Positions 1-8,876 of a stretch of 18,489 bases of DNA are shown here, in pieces. Where the stretch lies: contig JBHICG010000068.1 of NCBI GenBank assembly GCA_046759445.1, forward strand, positions 1 through 18,489, written 5' to 3'. The notes under the pieces are model-generated. The model was not told the origin of the DNA. It made no database searches and saw nothing but the letters and a program-made list of their open reading frames with translations. Numbering within the stretch: position 1 is the stretch's first letter; each line of letters opens with the position of its first letter. Source of the stretch: Candidatus Scalinduaceae bacterium. GTDB taxonomy: Bacteria; Planctomycetota; Brocadiia; Brocadiales; Scalinduaceae. Both the position numbers and the translations under genes were made by a program.

Positions 1-112
1 CTTTCAAGAAGTCTTACCAACTCACTAAACTTCACAAATATTCCTTATGTAATCACAACGGAACTATCAGTATATGAGGCTCTTATTTTATTATGGGCAT
101 CATAAAATAGTA

Positions 113-343
113 CTATAAATAAGTCAATGAAATCTCTGACAAACTCTTAACTTTTCCGGGAACATCGTGACACATGTTTTTTTTTCTAAAGCTAAAAATC
201 AGTAGATACGTGCCGGTAATTTTATTGCCGAAGGAGTCATCATTCTTGTCGGCTCTGGTCTCGTTTGAGCTTAAGACATTTAGAAGCAGAAATGCTGACA
301 GAATAACCATAGTATAAACTGAGAAAATTCTGTTGTACTTCAT
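113..343 (-). pseudogene. Probable truncated gene for a secreted protein (signal peptide plus short N-terminal remnant)
   Basis: Strong SD (GAGGAGGTG, minus strand ~348-358) before ATG 343. The N-terminus MKYNRIFSVYTMVILSAFLLLNVLSSNETRA looks like a signal peptide. The ORF ends after 76 aa, shortly after a T-run near 177-185, with a non-protein-like tail. Confidence 0.4.
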
Positions 344-830
344 AGCCTCACCTCCTCTTGTTGATGTAGTTTTTACAATAAATCAAATTTATTATAATAT
401 AAAGGTAAATATATTAAATTAATTATATAACAATAAACACTATTTAATGGAGTAAGCAAATTCCAAATTAAGAAGGTTTTGAAGTTTAAGGCAATTTTTA
501 GAAATGCTCGAAGTCCCTAAAGGGGGCTAAAATTAACCTTAAGCATTTGGGTGCTTATAACTTATCAAAATGATAATAAGAGGACAATAGAATCAATATA
601 ATAGACTCTACCTCTATTTACAGATTCTAAGAATATCTGTATCATCTTGCGATATAAAGACTTATATTAAGATCATGGAGGCTAATGTATAATAATCAAT
701 AGTTGAAAATTGCTGATATATTTTTTATAAATATGGACATCCATGATAAGTAATGTCAAGGGGAAACTGAGGACTTAAAAAAAGTGCCTTGCAACAATAC
801 AAATAGTTTAATGATATGGGATAGAAAAAA

Positions 831-847
831 GAGTTGACTATCAACTC
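831..847. promoter_or_regulatory. Palindromic putative operator GAGTTGA-cta-TCAACTC overlapping the -35 box
   Basis: Perfect 7-bp inverted repeat with a 3-bp spacer, directly upstream of an HTH repressor gene. Confidence 0.65.
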
Positions 848-862
848 AACATATTGTATAAT
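834..862 (+). promoter_or_regulatory. Sigma70-type promoter for the Argonaute operon
   Basis: -35 TTGACT (834-839), 17-bp spacer, -10 TATAAT (857-862), 19 nt upstream of ATG 882. Confidence 0.8.
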
Positions 863-881
863 TTCTTCAAAGGATTGAAAA

Positions 882-1226
882 ATGTTAAAAACTTTTGGTC
901 AAACACTACAGGAATTCCGCCGTAATAAAAAGATCAGTCAACGTGAACTTGCCAGAGAGGTGGATGTTGATTTCTCTTATATCAGTAAAATTGAGAACGA
1001 TAGGCTTCCTCCACCTGCTGCCGACACGATCATGAAGATTTGTGAAATATTAGAGATTCCTGCAGATAATCTTTTGGCTTTGACGGGAAAGGTTCCTACA
1101 AATATAAAACAGTCCATTGGGAGCAGTCCTGGCGCTCAACAATTTGTTCGTGAGGCTAGCAAAATGAATCTTTCTGAAGAAGAATGGAAATCCTTAACAA
1201 ATAGGCTTAAACGATTGAGAAAATAA
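882..1226 (+). CDS. XRE/Cro-C1 family helix-turn-helix transcriptional regulator
   Basis: FGQTLQEFRRNKKISQRELAREVDVDFSYISKIEND is a typical HTH_3 pattern. First gene of the operon. Confidence 0.92.
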   Translation: MLKTFGQTLQEFRRNKKISQRELAREVDVDFSYISKIENDRLPPPAADTIMKICEILEIPADNLLALTGKVPTNIKQSIGSSPGAQQFVREASKMNLSEEEWKSLTNRLKRLRK

Positions 1227-1255
1227 TACTGAAATCTTTTATATAAAAGATTCCA

Positions 1256-2170
1256 ATGATTAAGAAAGATAATCTAAAAAAGCTTAAAGAGTGGTCATAC
1301 TCACGCAGAGTAACACTTGAGCAATGTCCACGTAAATATTATTATACATATTATGGTGCAAATAAAAAAACTGCAAAGAATGAAACTCAGAAAGAAAAAA
1401 TTCGATTTCTGAAGAATATAAAGAATAGGTATTTACGAAGCGGTGAGATACTTCACTTAATAATAGCAACTTATATAAAAAAATTACGTAATGGCATCGA
1501 ATGGAGTGAGCAACGCTGTTTGTCTTGGGCACGAAGTATTTTTGAAAAGGACTTGGATTTTTCACGAAATTACCGGCATAATGATGCTTTGCCGAATGAT
1601 AACTACCCTCCAAAGCTTTTGTTGGAATTTTACTATGGGTATAAGGACGCTGAATCCACTTGCACGAACCGGTTTCAGGAAGTTGAAGCTGCTCTGGCGA
1701 ATTTCTTTTCTACCCAGGATTATGCAGAATTACGAAATTCTGCTTTTGGGGAGAATGTATTGATTGAAGAGCTGATTCGTGTAAAGGAGGATGATTTGAC
1801 AATAAGAGGTCAAATTGACTTTGCGTATTCTAATGTTAACGGTGCAAAAGTAATTGATTGGAAGATGGGAAAAGCTGGTGGTGGGGACGATAGTCTTCAA
1901 TTAATTTCATACGCTATCGCCGCATGTCAAGAATTTAATTGTTTTCCAGATGATATAGAATTGCATCTAGTCCACCTACTGGAAGGAAGTATTTCCTCTT
2001 ACAATATCGATAAAAGCCAGGTTTTTCGGGCAAAGGCTCGAATTCGGCAAGATATAGAAAGAATGCAATCTTTAGAAAATTACGGTAGAAATGCGATAGT
2101 TGAAGCATTTACCCCCTGTCTTCAATCTGAAATTTGTAAGGGGTGCGTCTACCAGGCTGTTTGTCTGTAG
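1256..2170 (+). CDS. PD-(D/E)XK nuclease, Cas4/AddB/RecB-like, with a putative 4Fe-4S staple
   Basis: N-terminal WSYS...C24-PRKYYY, GEILH, RGQID188, VID201WK203, QLISY (QxxxY motif), and C-terminal C294-x2-C297-x5-C303. Confidence 0.88.
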   Translation: MIKKDNLKKLKEWSYSRRVTLEQCPRKYYYTYYGANKKTAKNETQKEKIRFLKNIKNRYLRSGEILHLIIATYIKKLRNGIEWSEQRCLSWARSIFEKDLDFSRNYRHNDALPNDNYPPKLLLEFYYGYKDAESTCTNRFQEVEAALANFFSTQDYAELRNSAFGENVLIEELIRVKEDDLTIRGQIDFAYSNVNGAKVIDWKMGKAGGGDDSLQLISYAIAACQEFNCFPDDIELHLVHLLEGSISSYNIDKSQVFRAKARIRQDIERMQSLENYGRNAIVEAFTPCLQSEICKGCVYQAVCL

Positions 2171-2182
2171 GAGGTATAAGTT

Positions 2183-4471
2183 ATGATTGAAACAAACATA
2201 CGCATTATAGAACCCGGCATGAAATTCTCACTTGATGTCCGTTGTGTAGAAGTTACAGCCCAGGATTTAACACCAGACTTATTAGAAACAATTTGTAGCA
2301 AACTCCAGAGCTCTGATTATGCAGCAGTAAAAAGAAATAAGGACATTTTAGTTCTATCCAGTAAGCCAATTAATGCTAAAACTTTTTCGGATAACAATTG
2401 TTGTGCTGAAATTCGGGATACCAGCACCCCACTCACCTTAAGGCTTTCGGAGAGTTGTGATATAGACTTGATAACCCAATTAGTAGAGAGAAAGTTGCTT
2501 TTAGAAATTCGCAAAAGAGAAAAGTATTGGAGGCTTGGTAATAGTAATAGGATTTGGTATGAAATGGAACCTTTTATGAAAATGAGAGGTGTTCAAGCAT
2601 ATAGGAGATATGAAGTTTCTGCTATTTTCATTGATTCTGTCGGTATTGGTGTAGCTGTGGACGTTGGTACTGGATTTTTTACTATTGATTCTGTTGCAGA
2701 TTTTTTTACTAAAACTGTATCAGTGGAAGAACAAAACAAACGCAAGAAACTATTTGAAAAACTTAGTGAACGTCAAAAGGGACAAAAGGGTACTTTATGC
2801 TATGATATAGGTAATGAGAAAAAAAGAATATGCTATTTCGAATCATTTATATTCGATAAGACATGCGATTCTACTGGGAGTATCTTCATACAGAATAAAC
2901 AGTACGAATCTTTGTACCATTACTATAATGAAAAATATCCCAATCTCCAAATAGAACCAGAAGATAGTGTTGCTAAAGTATCTTTTCAAGGCTTAGGTTC
3001 TGTTTTTGTTGCTGCTAAACTGCTTCGACTTCGAGTAATGAATGAGATGCTACCTTACGAACTTTCCAACGTTGATAAAATAGAACCTCAAAAGCGTCGA
3101 GAGTTGATACAATGTTTTTGGAATCATATTGGTGATCAACAAGGATGTGTTCTAAAATTCAATAATGGTTTTTGGCAGCCAGAAAAAGAACGTATCTTTT
3201 CAAATAGACCTCCTTCATTGGAATTCAATGACAAAAAAATATTGAGTTTTTCATCAAATGGGAATCCTATAAAACATTTAAAGGACCATTTCTATAAACG
3301 CCTTGGACTCCTTGATCAGATCGGATGTTTTTATGTACCTAAGACCATACCACACGAAATTTGTTTTGTGATTCCAGCAGAAACAAGTAAGGAGATGGTA
3401 CAACGTTTGACTACAGACATGTGTAGTTACCTATCCAATTGGACTAACAAGAAACTTTCGGCACAAATCCTTTTCTATTCTGGCCTAGAAGAAGCCATTG
3501 CTGATCTTCGAGATTTTACTCCGGGATTATCGGTCTTTGTTTTTAAAGATGATGATCCTGCAAATTATTTCTTTATATCACATGAACTCAAAAATTGGAG
3601 AATTAAGCGGATTACGTTTAGGGAACTCTATAAACGTTTTAATAGTCTCGGACAACAGGAAGGAAAAGGCCCACAACATATCAAATCAAATGATCGATTT
3701 ATTAGAAATTGGGAATCTTTTGTCAGAATGAGTTGTCTCGATGTATTGCAACAGATAGATTGTGTTCCATGGACCTTTGCTGAAAATTTAAACTACGAAG
3801 CTCAACTTGCAATAGATGTTGGTTGGGATCGAAGACATTTTTCCATTTCGATGCTTCTGTGCCGCCCAGATTCTGAACCGTCCTTTTGGCTTAAAAGTAT
3901 AACGCATGTAAAAGCTGACCCAAAACACGAGACTATAAATCGGTGTCATTTGAAAGATGCCGTTATAGAGATTATGAAACCTCTTGAGCAAAAAGATGTT
4001 AAACCGATAAAAAGCATTATTTGCTGGAGGGATGGAAGGGAATGTGGAGATGAACTGAAGGCTATTTTAGATGCACGTAAGGAGCTTATTACGCTTGATG
4101 TTTTAACTAATGATTGCCGGATAGATGTTGTTGATGTTGGGAAAAATAGTATGAAAGGTATTCGTGCTTGGTGGATATCAAATAAAGGAAAAGTATCTAA
4201 TGTACTTGAAGGAGAATCAATCAATCTGGGTAATGGAGCTGTGTTAGTTTTTAATACAGGTTCTGCAACTATAAACCAGAGAACGGCTGAACCTGTAATA
4301 CTTCATATTCCCCAGAATGTTAATGTCCGGCCTGTGGTTTCAGACTTTAATGCAGGAAGCCATTTGAACTATTCCAGCCCTTCAGTTGCCCAAAAATTAC
4401 CTCTTGTTCTTAAACGGACAGATGAGCAACTTCGGAACAAGGCGGCACAAGAAATAAAAAGAATCAGATAA
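2183..4471 (+). CDS. ago: Long prokaryotic Argonaute (N-L1-PAZ-L2-MID-PIWI), probably catalytically active
   Basis: 762 aa. PAZ-like SLYHYYNEKYP. MID-PIWI junction VLQQIDCVPW. PIWI motifs AID545VG, HE583TI, WRD617G, VDVGK, RTAEP and LNYSS...KLPLVLKRTD747. SD AGGAGGT overlaps the upstream stop codon. Confidence 0.88.
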   Translation: MIETNIRIIEPGMKFSLDVRCVEVTAQDLTPDLLETICSKLQSSDYAAVKRNKDILVLSSKPINAKTFSDNNCCAEIRDTSTPLTLRLSESCDIDLITQLVERKLLLEIRKREKYWRLGNSNRIWYEMEPFMKMRGVQAYRRYEVSAIFIDSVGIGVAVDVGTGFFTIDSVADFFTKTVSVEEQNKRKKLFEKLSERQKGQKGTLCYDIGNEKKRICYFESFIFDKTCDSTGSIFIQNKQYESLYHYYNEKYPNLQIEPEDSVAKVSFQGLGSVFVAAKLLRLRVMNEMLPYELSNVDKIEPQKRRELIQCFWNHIGDQQGCVLKFNNGFWQPEKERIFSNRPPSLEFNDKKILSFSSNGNPIKHLKDHFYKRLGLLDQIGCFYVPKTIPHEICFVIPAETSKEMVQRLTTDMCSYLSNWTNKKLSAQILFYSGLEEAIADLRDFTPGLSVFVFKDDDPANYFFISHELKNWRIKRITFRELYKRFNSLGQQEGKGPQHIKSNDRFIRNWESFVRMSCLDVLQQIDCVPWTFAENLNYEAQLAIDVGWDRRHFSISMLLCRPDSEPSFWLKSITHVKADPKHETINRCHLKDAVIEIMKPLEQKDVKPIKSIICWRDGRECGDELKAILDARKELITLDVLTNDCRIDVVDVGKNSMKGIRAWWISNKGKVSNVLEGESINLGNGAVLVFNTGSATINQRTAEPVILHIPQNVNVRPVVSDFNAGSHLNYSSPSVAQKLPLVLKRTDEQLRNKAAQEIKRIR

Positions 4472-4505
4472 TATTTTATTTATCCCTAATAAATGGAGGA
4501 AATCC

Positions 4506-4958
4506 ATGAGTAGTGAATGGCAGACAATCCAAAGTTTTGAGGAAAGCCAGGAAGTTCTTTCTGCGGTTAATGCTCTTTCAATCCATTTAAAACTAAAGAA
4601 AGCAGGAATCTCATATGAAGAACCTGTAGAATCGATCGAAGAATCTCGGAAAACCATAATTTCCTTTCTTGAAAAATTAGAAAGTATAAATGATGCTTTA
4701 TCGAAAGGTCAAATTAAACCAGTCCTTGGAATTAACACTCGATTTCGCCAACTTGGAAATCTATTTATTAAGGCAAAAAAAAATACGAAAAGGTTCCACT
4801 CAGCGCTATTTCTACAATCACCAAGTTACGTAATTAACCTGATCCACTCCGATCAAAAGGGAGATCAAGATACCCTCCTTAATTCTCTGAAAGAGTTAGG
4901 ACTATTACTTGAAGAGCATATTTACGTTGACACTAAAGAATTGCTCGGAGAAATTTAG
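4506..4958 (+). CDS. Hypothetical, probably alpha-helical protein in the Argonaute operon
   Basis: 150-aa ORF with SD GGAGGA at 4495-4500, 34 nt after the ago stop. Its stop abuts the next start. No recognisable motif or TM segment. Confidence 0.8.
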   Translation: MSSEWQTIQSFEESQEVLSAVNALSIHLKLKKAGISYEEPVESIEESRKTIISFLEKLESINDALSKGQIKPVLGINTRFRQLGNLFIKAKKNTKRFHSALFLQSPSYVINLIHSDQKGDQDTLLNSLKELGLLLEEHIYVDTKELLGEI

Positions 4959-6080
4959 GTGCGAAACATCCTTAAACAAAATAATTTGCATCTTTTGAAA
5001 GAGATAAAAACTCTTCAAGAAGCAATTGAAACAAATGAGAATAATCTTCCTGAAGAATTATCAGATTATCATCGCTGGATTATTAATACTTGTAAGACGC
5101 TTACAATAAAGATCCATAAAAATCTTGATCATTTATCACTTCCAATTGAGAATATTTTAGAGAATATTTTAAAAAACACACAAAACCTGACACGTCATTT
5201 TGATATTATCAACACAAAATGGGCAGCTCCTCTTCTGAGGATTACCGAGTACGATTATCTTTCTCTAAAACTCCTTCGATGGCTTCATTCTGCTCACCCA
5301 AAAGCTACAGCAATACCATTCGGAGTTAGTAATGCCGAGTTTGCAATTTTACCTTATTTAGGGATGCCAGTTCTATATTATTTACCTTTTTCATCTCAAC
5401 AGGGCTTACTTCTTTTACCTCTCTTTTTCCATGAGTTTGGCCATCTTCTTTATGTTTGCCATCAACTTGAAATGAATGACTTAGTAAAGTCTCTTCAAGA
5501 AAAAATTGATAATCTACTTTCTCCCGCAGTGGAAGCTGATGACGAATATTTCAAACAAGCTGGACAAAAAAGTAAACTCATTGTTGAGACATGGTTTGAC
5601 TGGACACAAGAAATATTTTGTGATGCCGTGGGTTATAGGATTGGTGGTACTGCTTACTTACATGCTTTCTCTACGTATTTTCGAATGTTTGGAAGAGAAC
5701 AATTTTATAAACACGAAACTGAGTTAATTAGATCAGAACATCCGGTAATATGGATTCGAATACGCATACTTGCCGATCGAGCACGCAAATTGGGAAAAGA
5801 TAATGATGCGGAAATGTTAGAAAACACCTGGAATTTATTAGCTAAAACTTTAGAGGTAGAAGAAGAGTATTTTGGATTTTATGATGAAGACTTTCTACCC
5901 CTTGTTCAAAGCACTATAGATGATATGCTGGTAGAAGCTGATCCGTTTAGTGCAGAAGAAAGTGTATTAAACCCATCGCCCATATCTATGCTTAATGAAG
6001 CTTGGAAATGCTTTATAGATGACCCAGATAAATATGAGATTTGGGAAAAAGATGCAATAAATTCCTTTATAAACAAGTAA
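4959..6080 (+). CDS. Putative zinc metallopeptidase (HEXXH, gluzincin/M48-like motif order)
   Basis: H158EFGH162, downstream E218IFCD222 and H261PVIWIR. GTG start immediately follows the TAG of the previous gene. Confidence 0.72.
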   Translation: MRNILKQNNLHLLKEIKTLQEAIETNENNLPEELSDYHRWIINTCKTLTIKIHKNLDHLSLPIENILENILKNTQNLTRHFDIINTKWAAPLLRITEYDYLSLKLLRWLHSAHPKATAIPFGVSNAEFAILPYLGMPVLYYLPFSSQQGLLLLPLFFHEFGHLLYVCHQLEMNDLVKSLQEKIDNLLSPAVEADDEYFKQAGQKSKLIVETWFDWTQEIFCDAVGYRIGGTAYLHAFSTYFRMFGREQFYKHETELIRSEHPVIWIRIRILADRARKLGKDNDAEMLENTWNLLAKTLEVEEEYFGFYDEDFLPLVQSTIDDMLVEADPFSAEESVLNPSPISMLNEAWKCFIDDPDKYEIWEKDAINSFINK

Positions 6081-6879
6081 ATCTTATTGGTATACATTAG
6101 GAAATTAGGGACAGACGGCAACATTATATTTTATCCCTCATTCTAAATCTATAGATTCAACAAATACGTTTTTACCTTTTTAATTAAATTACTACCTTAG
6201 ACTATAATTGTCTAACTTTTTTCTGAAACATCTTAATTGTTTTCATACACTCAACCCGAATTTCGCAAGACTCTTGCGTAATTTGGGCTTAATTCGTATA
6301 CATAAATGCATATTGACACCTTACTATTCTTCTTGTAGTTTATGGTGTATTTTGGATAGCACTCTACTTGTTAGGCTACACGAAAAAGTGGGTAGATTCA
6401 AAAAATGGTCTGATGTTAGAGAGGATGTATGAAGTATGCATCTCCGCCTGTCTATAAAGCCATTTGCCGGCCCGACGAGCATTCTGGCGGGGGCAGGTCT
6501 CACGATGCGGGAAATCGTTACAAAAACAATTAAAAGTCGAGGAGATGTTTATAAATAGTAGCCCACAATAGTTAAAGTATTAAGTGTTTTACCAAGAGGT
6601 AGGTTAAAAAGAAACAAAGTAGGCAATAAAAAGTGTCTGTATCTTATTCCCTTCTTAAAATGATATGTTTCCCCTTTCTATTGGTTATTTTGGCAAACCC
6701 ATTTAGAATAATAGATATTAAACATTTCAAAGTGTCCAAATACATAACTTAGTAAGTTATCGCATGATTTGTAATCTCCTTTGTTTTACTTATAACATAG
6801 ATTTAGGGGAAAGACAATTGGACTAATGTGACATTTTGAAAGTCTTTGGTATATATATAAATGTAACTTTAGTTACATT

Positions 6880-7500
6880 TTAAAAGAATTGCCTTGTATT
6901 TGTAGCAAGGAGTGCAAGTTGTAGTCTGTCAGATACTCCAGTTTTCTTGTATATCCTGCTTAGGTGTGCTTTTACGGATTGCTCACTTATTTTAAGAGAT
7001 TTCAATATTTCCTTGTTTGAAAATCCTTTGCAAATCAATTTGACTATTTCTATTTCCCTTTTTGTCAAGTGAGGGGTGTTTTCACTGAAAACGCCGCTAA
7101 CGCCAGGAATAAAGTCCTGTAATCTCTTTCGTTCGAGCCAGAGTTCTCCTAAGATAACAGTCTTTAAGGCTTTTTTGAACTGAGATGCTCTAGTTTTAGG
7201 AGACAAAATACCTATGAGACCGTGTGAGATAAAACTTAACAAACGGCTATTTTCAAGCTTTGGAAGACATCTTGTTCCTAAAAGAAGGACTCGTAACTTA
7301 TCCGTAAAGAAATCTTCATGAAACATATCGAAAAGGGTATTAAAATCAGTAATTATCAAATCTGGTTTCACCTTAGTAATTTCCTTGGGGTCAAAGCAAT
7401 TAATAACAGTAGTTACGTCAAGTTTATATTCTTCTATAAGTCTTTTAATGCCCTCGCCAAATAAACAATTACAGCAACAGATAGCTATTTTTAATGACAT
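6880..7500 (-). CDS. LuxR/NarL-family regulator with an atypical receiver domain
   Basis: C-terminal LTKREIEIVKLICKGFSNKEI...SEQSVKAHLSRIYKKTGVSDRLQL LuxR HTH. Receiver-like PDLIITD. SD GAGGT upstream. Confidence 0.9.
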   Translation of the reverse strand: MSLKIAICCCNCLFGEGIKRLIEEYKLDVTTVINCFDPKEITKVKPDLIITDFNTLFDMFHEDFFTDKLRVLLLGTRCLPKLENSRLLSFISHGLIGILSPKTRASQFKKALKTVILGELWLERKRLQDFIPGVSGVFSENTPHLTKREIEIVKLICKGFSNKEILKSLKISEQSVKAHLSRIYKKTGVSDRLQLALLATNTRQFF

Positions 7501-7765
7501 CGTTTTACCTCAAAATTAATTCTTAAAAAATCCACAATCAGGAGCCTTTTAAGATTTCTTTCATAGTAAATAATATTAACAAAAGATACTACATCTAACA
7601 TTATTCGTGTACCACCGATCCTGATCTTCATATATCCTCTCAGGCCAGTTTTCACACAGCCCCACCTATAATCCGAGCACCTTTCTCCTGTTCATCCTTC
7701 TTCATAGCTTTACATACTTTGGAGGCAATACCATCTAAATAATATGATACGACCTTTATTTATAT

Positions 7766-8455
7766 TTAAACCGTAGATTTATTTTTCTTTATTTTGTTAA
7801 CCAGATTGTGCGCTTGTCTTGTTGGTTCTGGGAGTCTGTAGCCACTGCAACTTTTCTGGACTATATCAATAGATGTGGCCAAATCTATCTTATGGCCTGG
7901 AGAGACAAAAACAGGTTTCACGTTTTTCCTTGTCCTCAGCACAACACCAACTATCTTACCATCTATTTTTAACTGAGAAAAACAACCCACTTCTTCACCT
8001 ACTTCATTATATGTGCCAATCAGCCTGGTTTTTGCGCAACCAATTGAGGGTTTGTTTAGTAATAAACCCATATGAGATGCTAAACCTACTCCACGAGGAT
8101 GTGCGATGCCCTGTGCATCCAGGATAATTATGTCAGGTTCTTTTTTAACCTTTGAAAATGCCTTTAACAATATTGGCGACTCACGAAAACTTAGCAAGCC
8201 TGGAATGTATGGAAAATCAACCTTGCCACTTGCAGTTGTTTCCTCGATTTTTCGCATAGACTGCAACTCAAACACAACTACCCCTGCATAGAACCTATCA
8301 CTTACCTTATTATAAGAAACATCCGCACCGCCAATTAACTTGCCATTAAGTTTCTTGAACGGACTTTTTAAGATAACGCTTTTTTTTAATCTCTCCTGTA
8401 TGTTAACTGCTTCTTTATAATTTACATTCCAGGAATGAAGTTTCAGATACTTCAT
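7766..8455 (-). CDS. nfi: Endonuclease V (deoxyinosine 3' endonuclease)
   Basis: GADVS, FPYIPGLLSFRE, DAQGIAHPRGVGLASHMG, IGCAK, KPVFVSPGH and RLPEPTRQAH motifs. Confidence 0.96.
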   Translation of the reverse strand: MKYLKLHSWNVNYKEAVNIQERLKKSVILKSPFKKLNGKLIGGADVSYNKVSDRFYAGVVVFELQSMRKIEETTASGKVDFPYIPGLLSFRESPILLKAFSKVKKEPDIIILDAQGIAHPRGVGLASHMGLLLNKPSIGCAKTRLIGTYNEVGEEVGCFSQLKIDGKIVGVVLRTRKNVKPVFVSPGHKIDLATSIDIVQKSCSGYRLPEPTRQAHNLVNKIKKNKSTV

Positions 8456-8473
8456 ACTAAAATGCCTGAAGTG

Positions 8474-8498
8474 AAAAGTGATCTAAAGTGCCTAAAGT
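8474..8498. repeat. Left arm of the inverted repeat flanking the four-helix-bundle gene
   Basis: AAAAGTGATCTAAAGTGCCTAAAGT matches the reverse complement of 8887-8911 at 23/25 positions. Confidence 0.75.
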
Positions 8499-8524
8499 TA
8501 AATGTAATACGATTCTTTTGCGGT

Positions 8525-8875
8525 TCACTTTTTCCCAATAGAAGTAAAAATAGCAAGCAATTCACTGCACTCTTCATAGTCTGATTTTACTTTTTTCCAG
8601 GATAACCATTTTACCTCTATAATTACTTCTATCCAATATTGTGTTTCACTCGCTTCACTTTCACAGATTTTAATCTTGTTTTTGAAATCTGGCTTACTTC
8701 TTGCTCGATTAGCTTCTCGATAGTTTGCTCCAACAGAAGTTCCGGATTTTGTGATCTGGCTCCTTATAACCCTACCCTCAGGCGTATTGGGCAATGCTGT
8801 TGATAAGCGAATTATCCTCACTGCAAATTTTCGCGTGCGTTTCTCAAGCTCTTTAGAAAATTCTTTGTTATCCAT
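8525..8875 (-). CDS. Four helix bundle protein (23S rRNA intervening-sequence protein / TIGR02436-like)
   Basis: QITKSGTSVGANYREANRARSKPDFKNKIKICESEASETQYW matches the family pattern. Confidence 0.9.
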   Translation of the reverse strand: MDNKEFSKELEKRTRKFAVRIIRLSTALPNTPEGRVIRSQITKSGTSVGANYREANRARSKPDFKNKIKICESEASETQYWIEVIIEVKWLSWKKVKSDYEECSELLAIFTSIGKK

Positions 8876-8876
8876 A

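Noticed and set aside
1284..6124. Overlapping alternative-frame and antisense ORFs within the operon (e.g. 1284-1613, 1491-1763, 3946-4224, 4397-4657, 5906-6124)
   Set aside because: They are shadows of longer motif-bearing genes and have no recognisable features.
6208..6432. 74-aa ORF downstream of the operon
   Set aside because: TTG start, no SD and no motifs. Probably spurious.
7600..7735. Possible decayed minus-strand gene fragment between the LuxR gene and nfi
   Set aside because: The composition is coding-like, but I found only short frames and no identifiable product.
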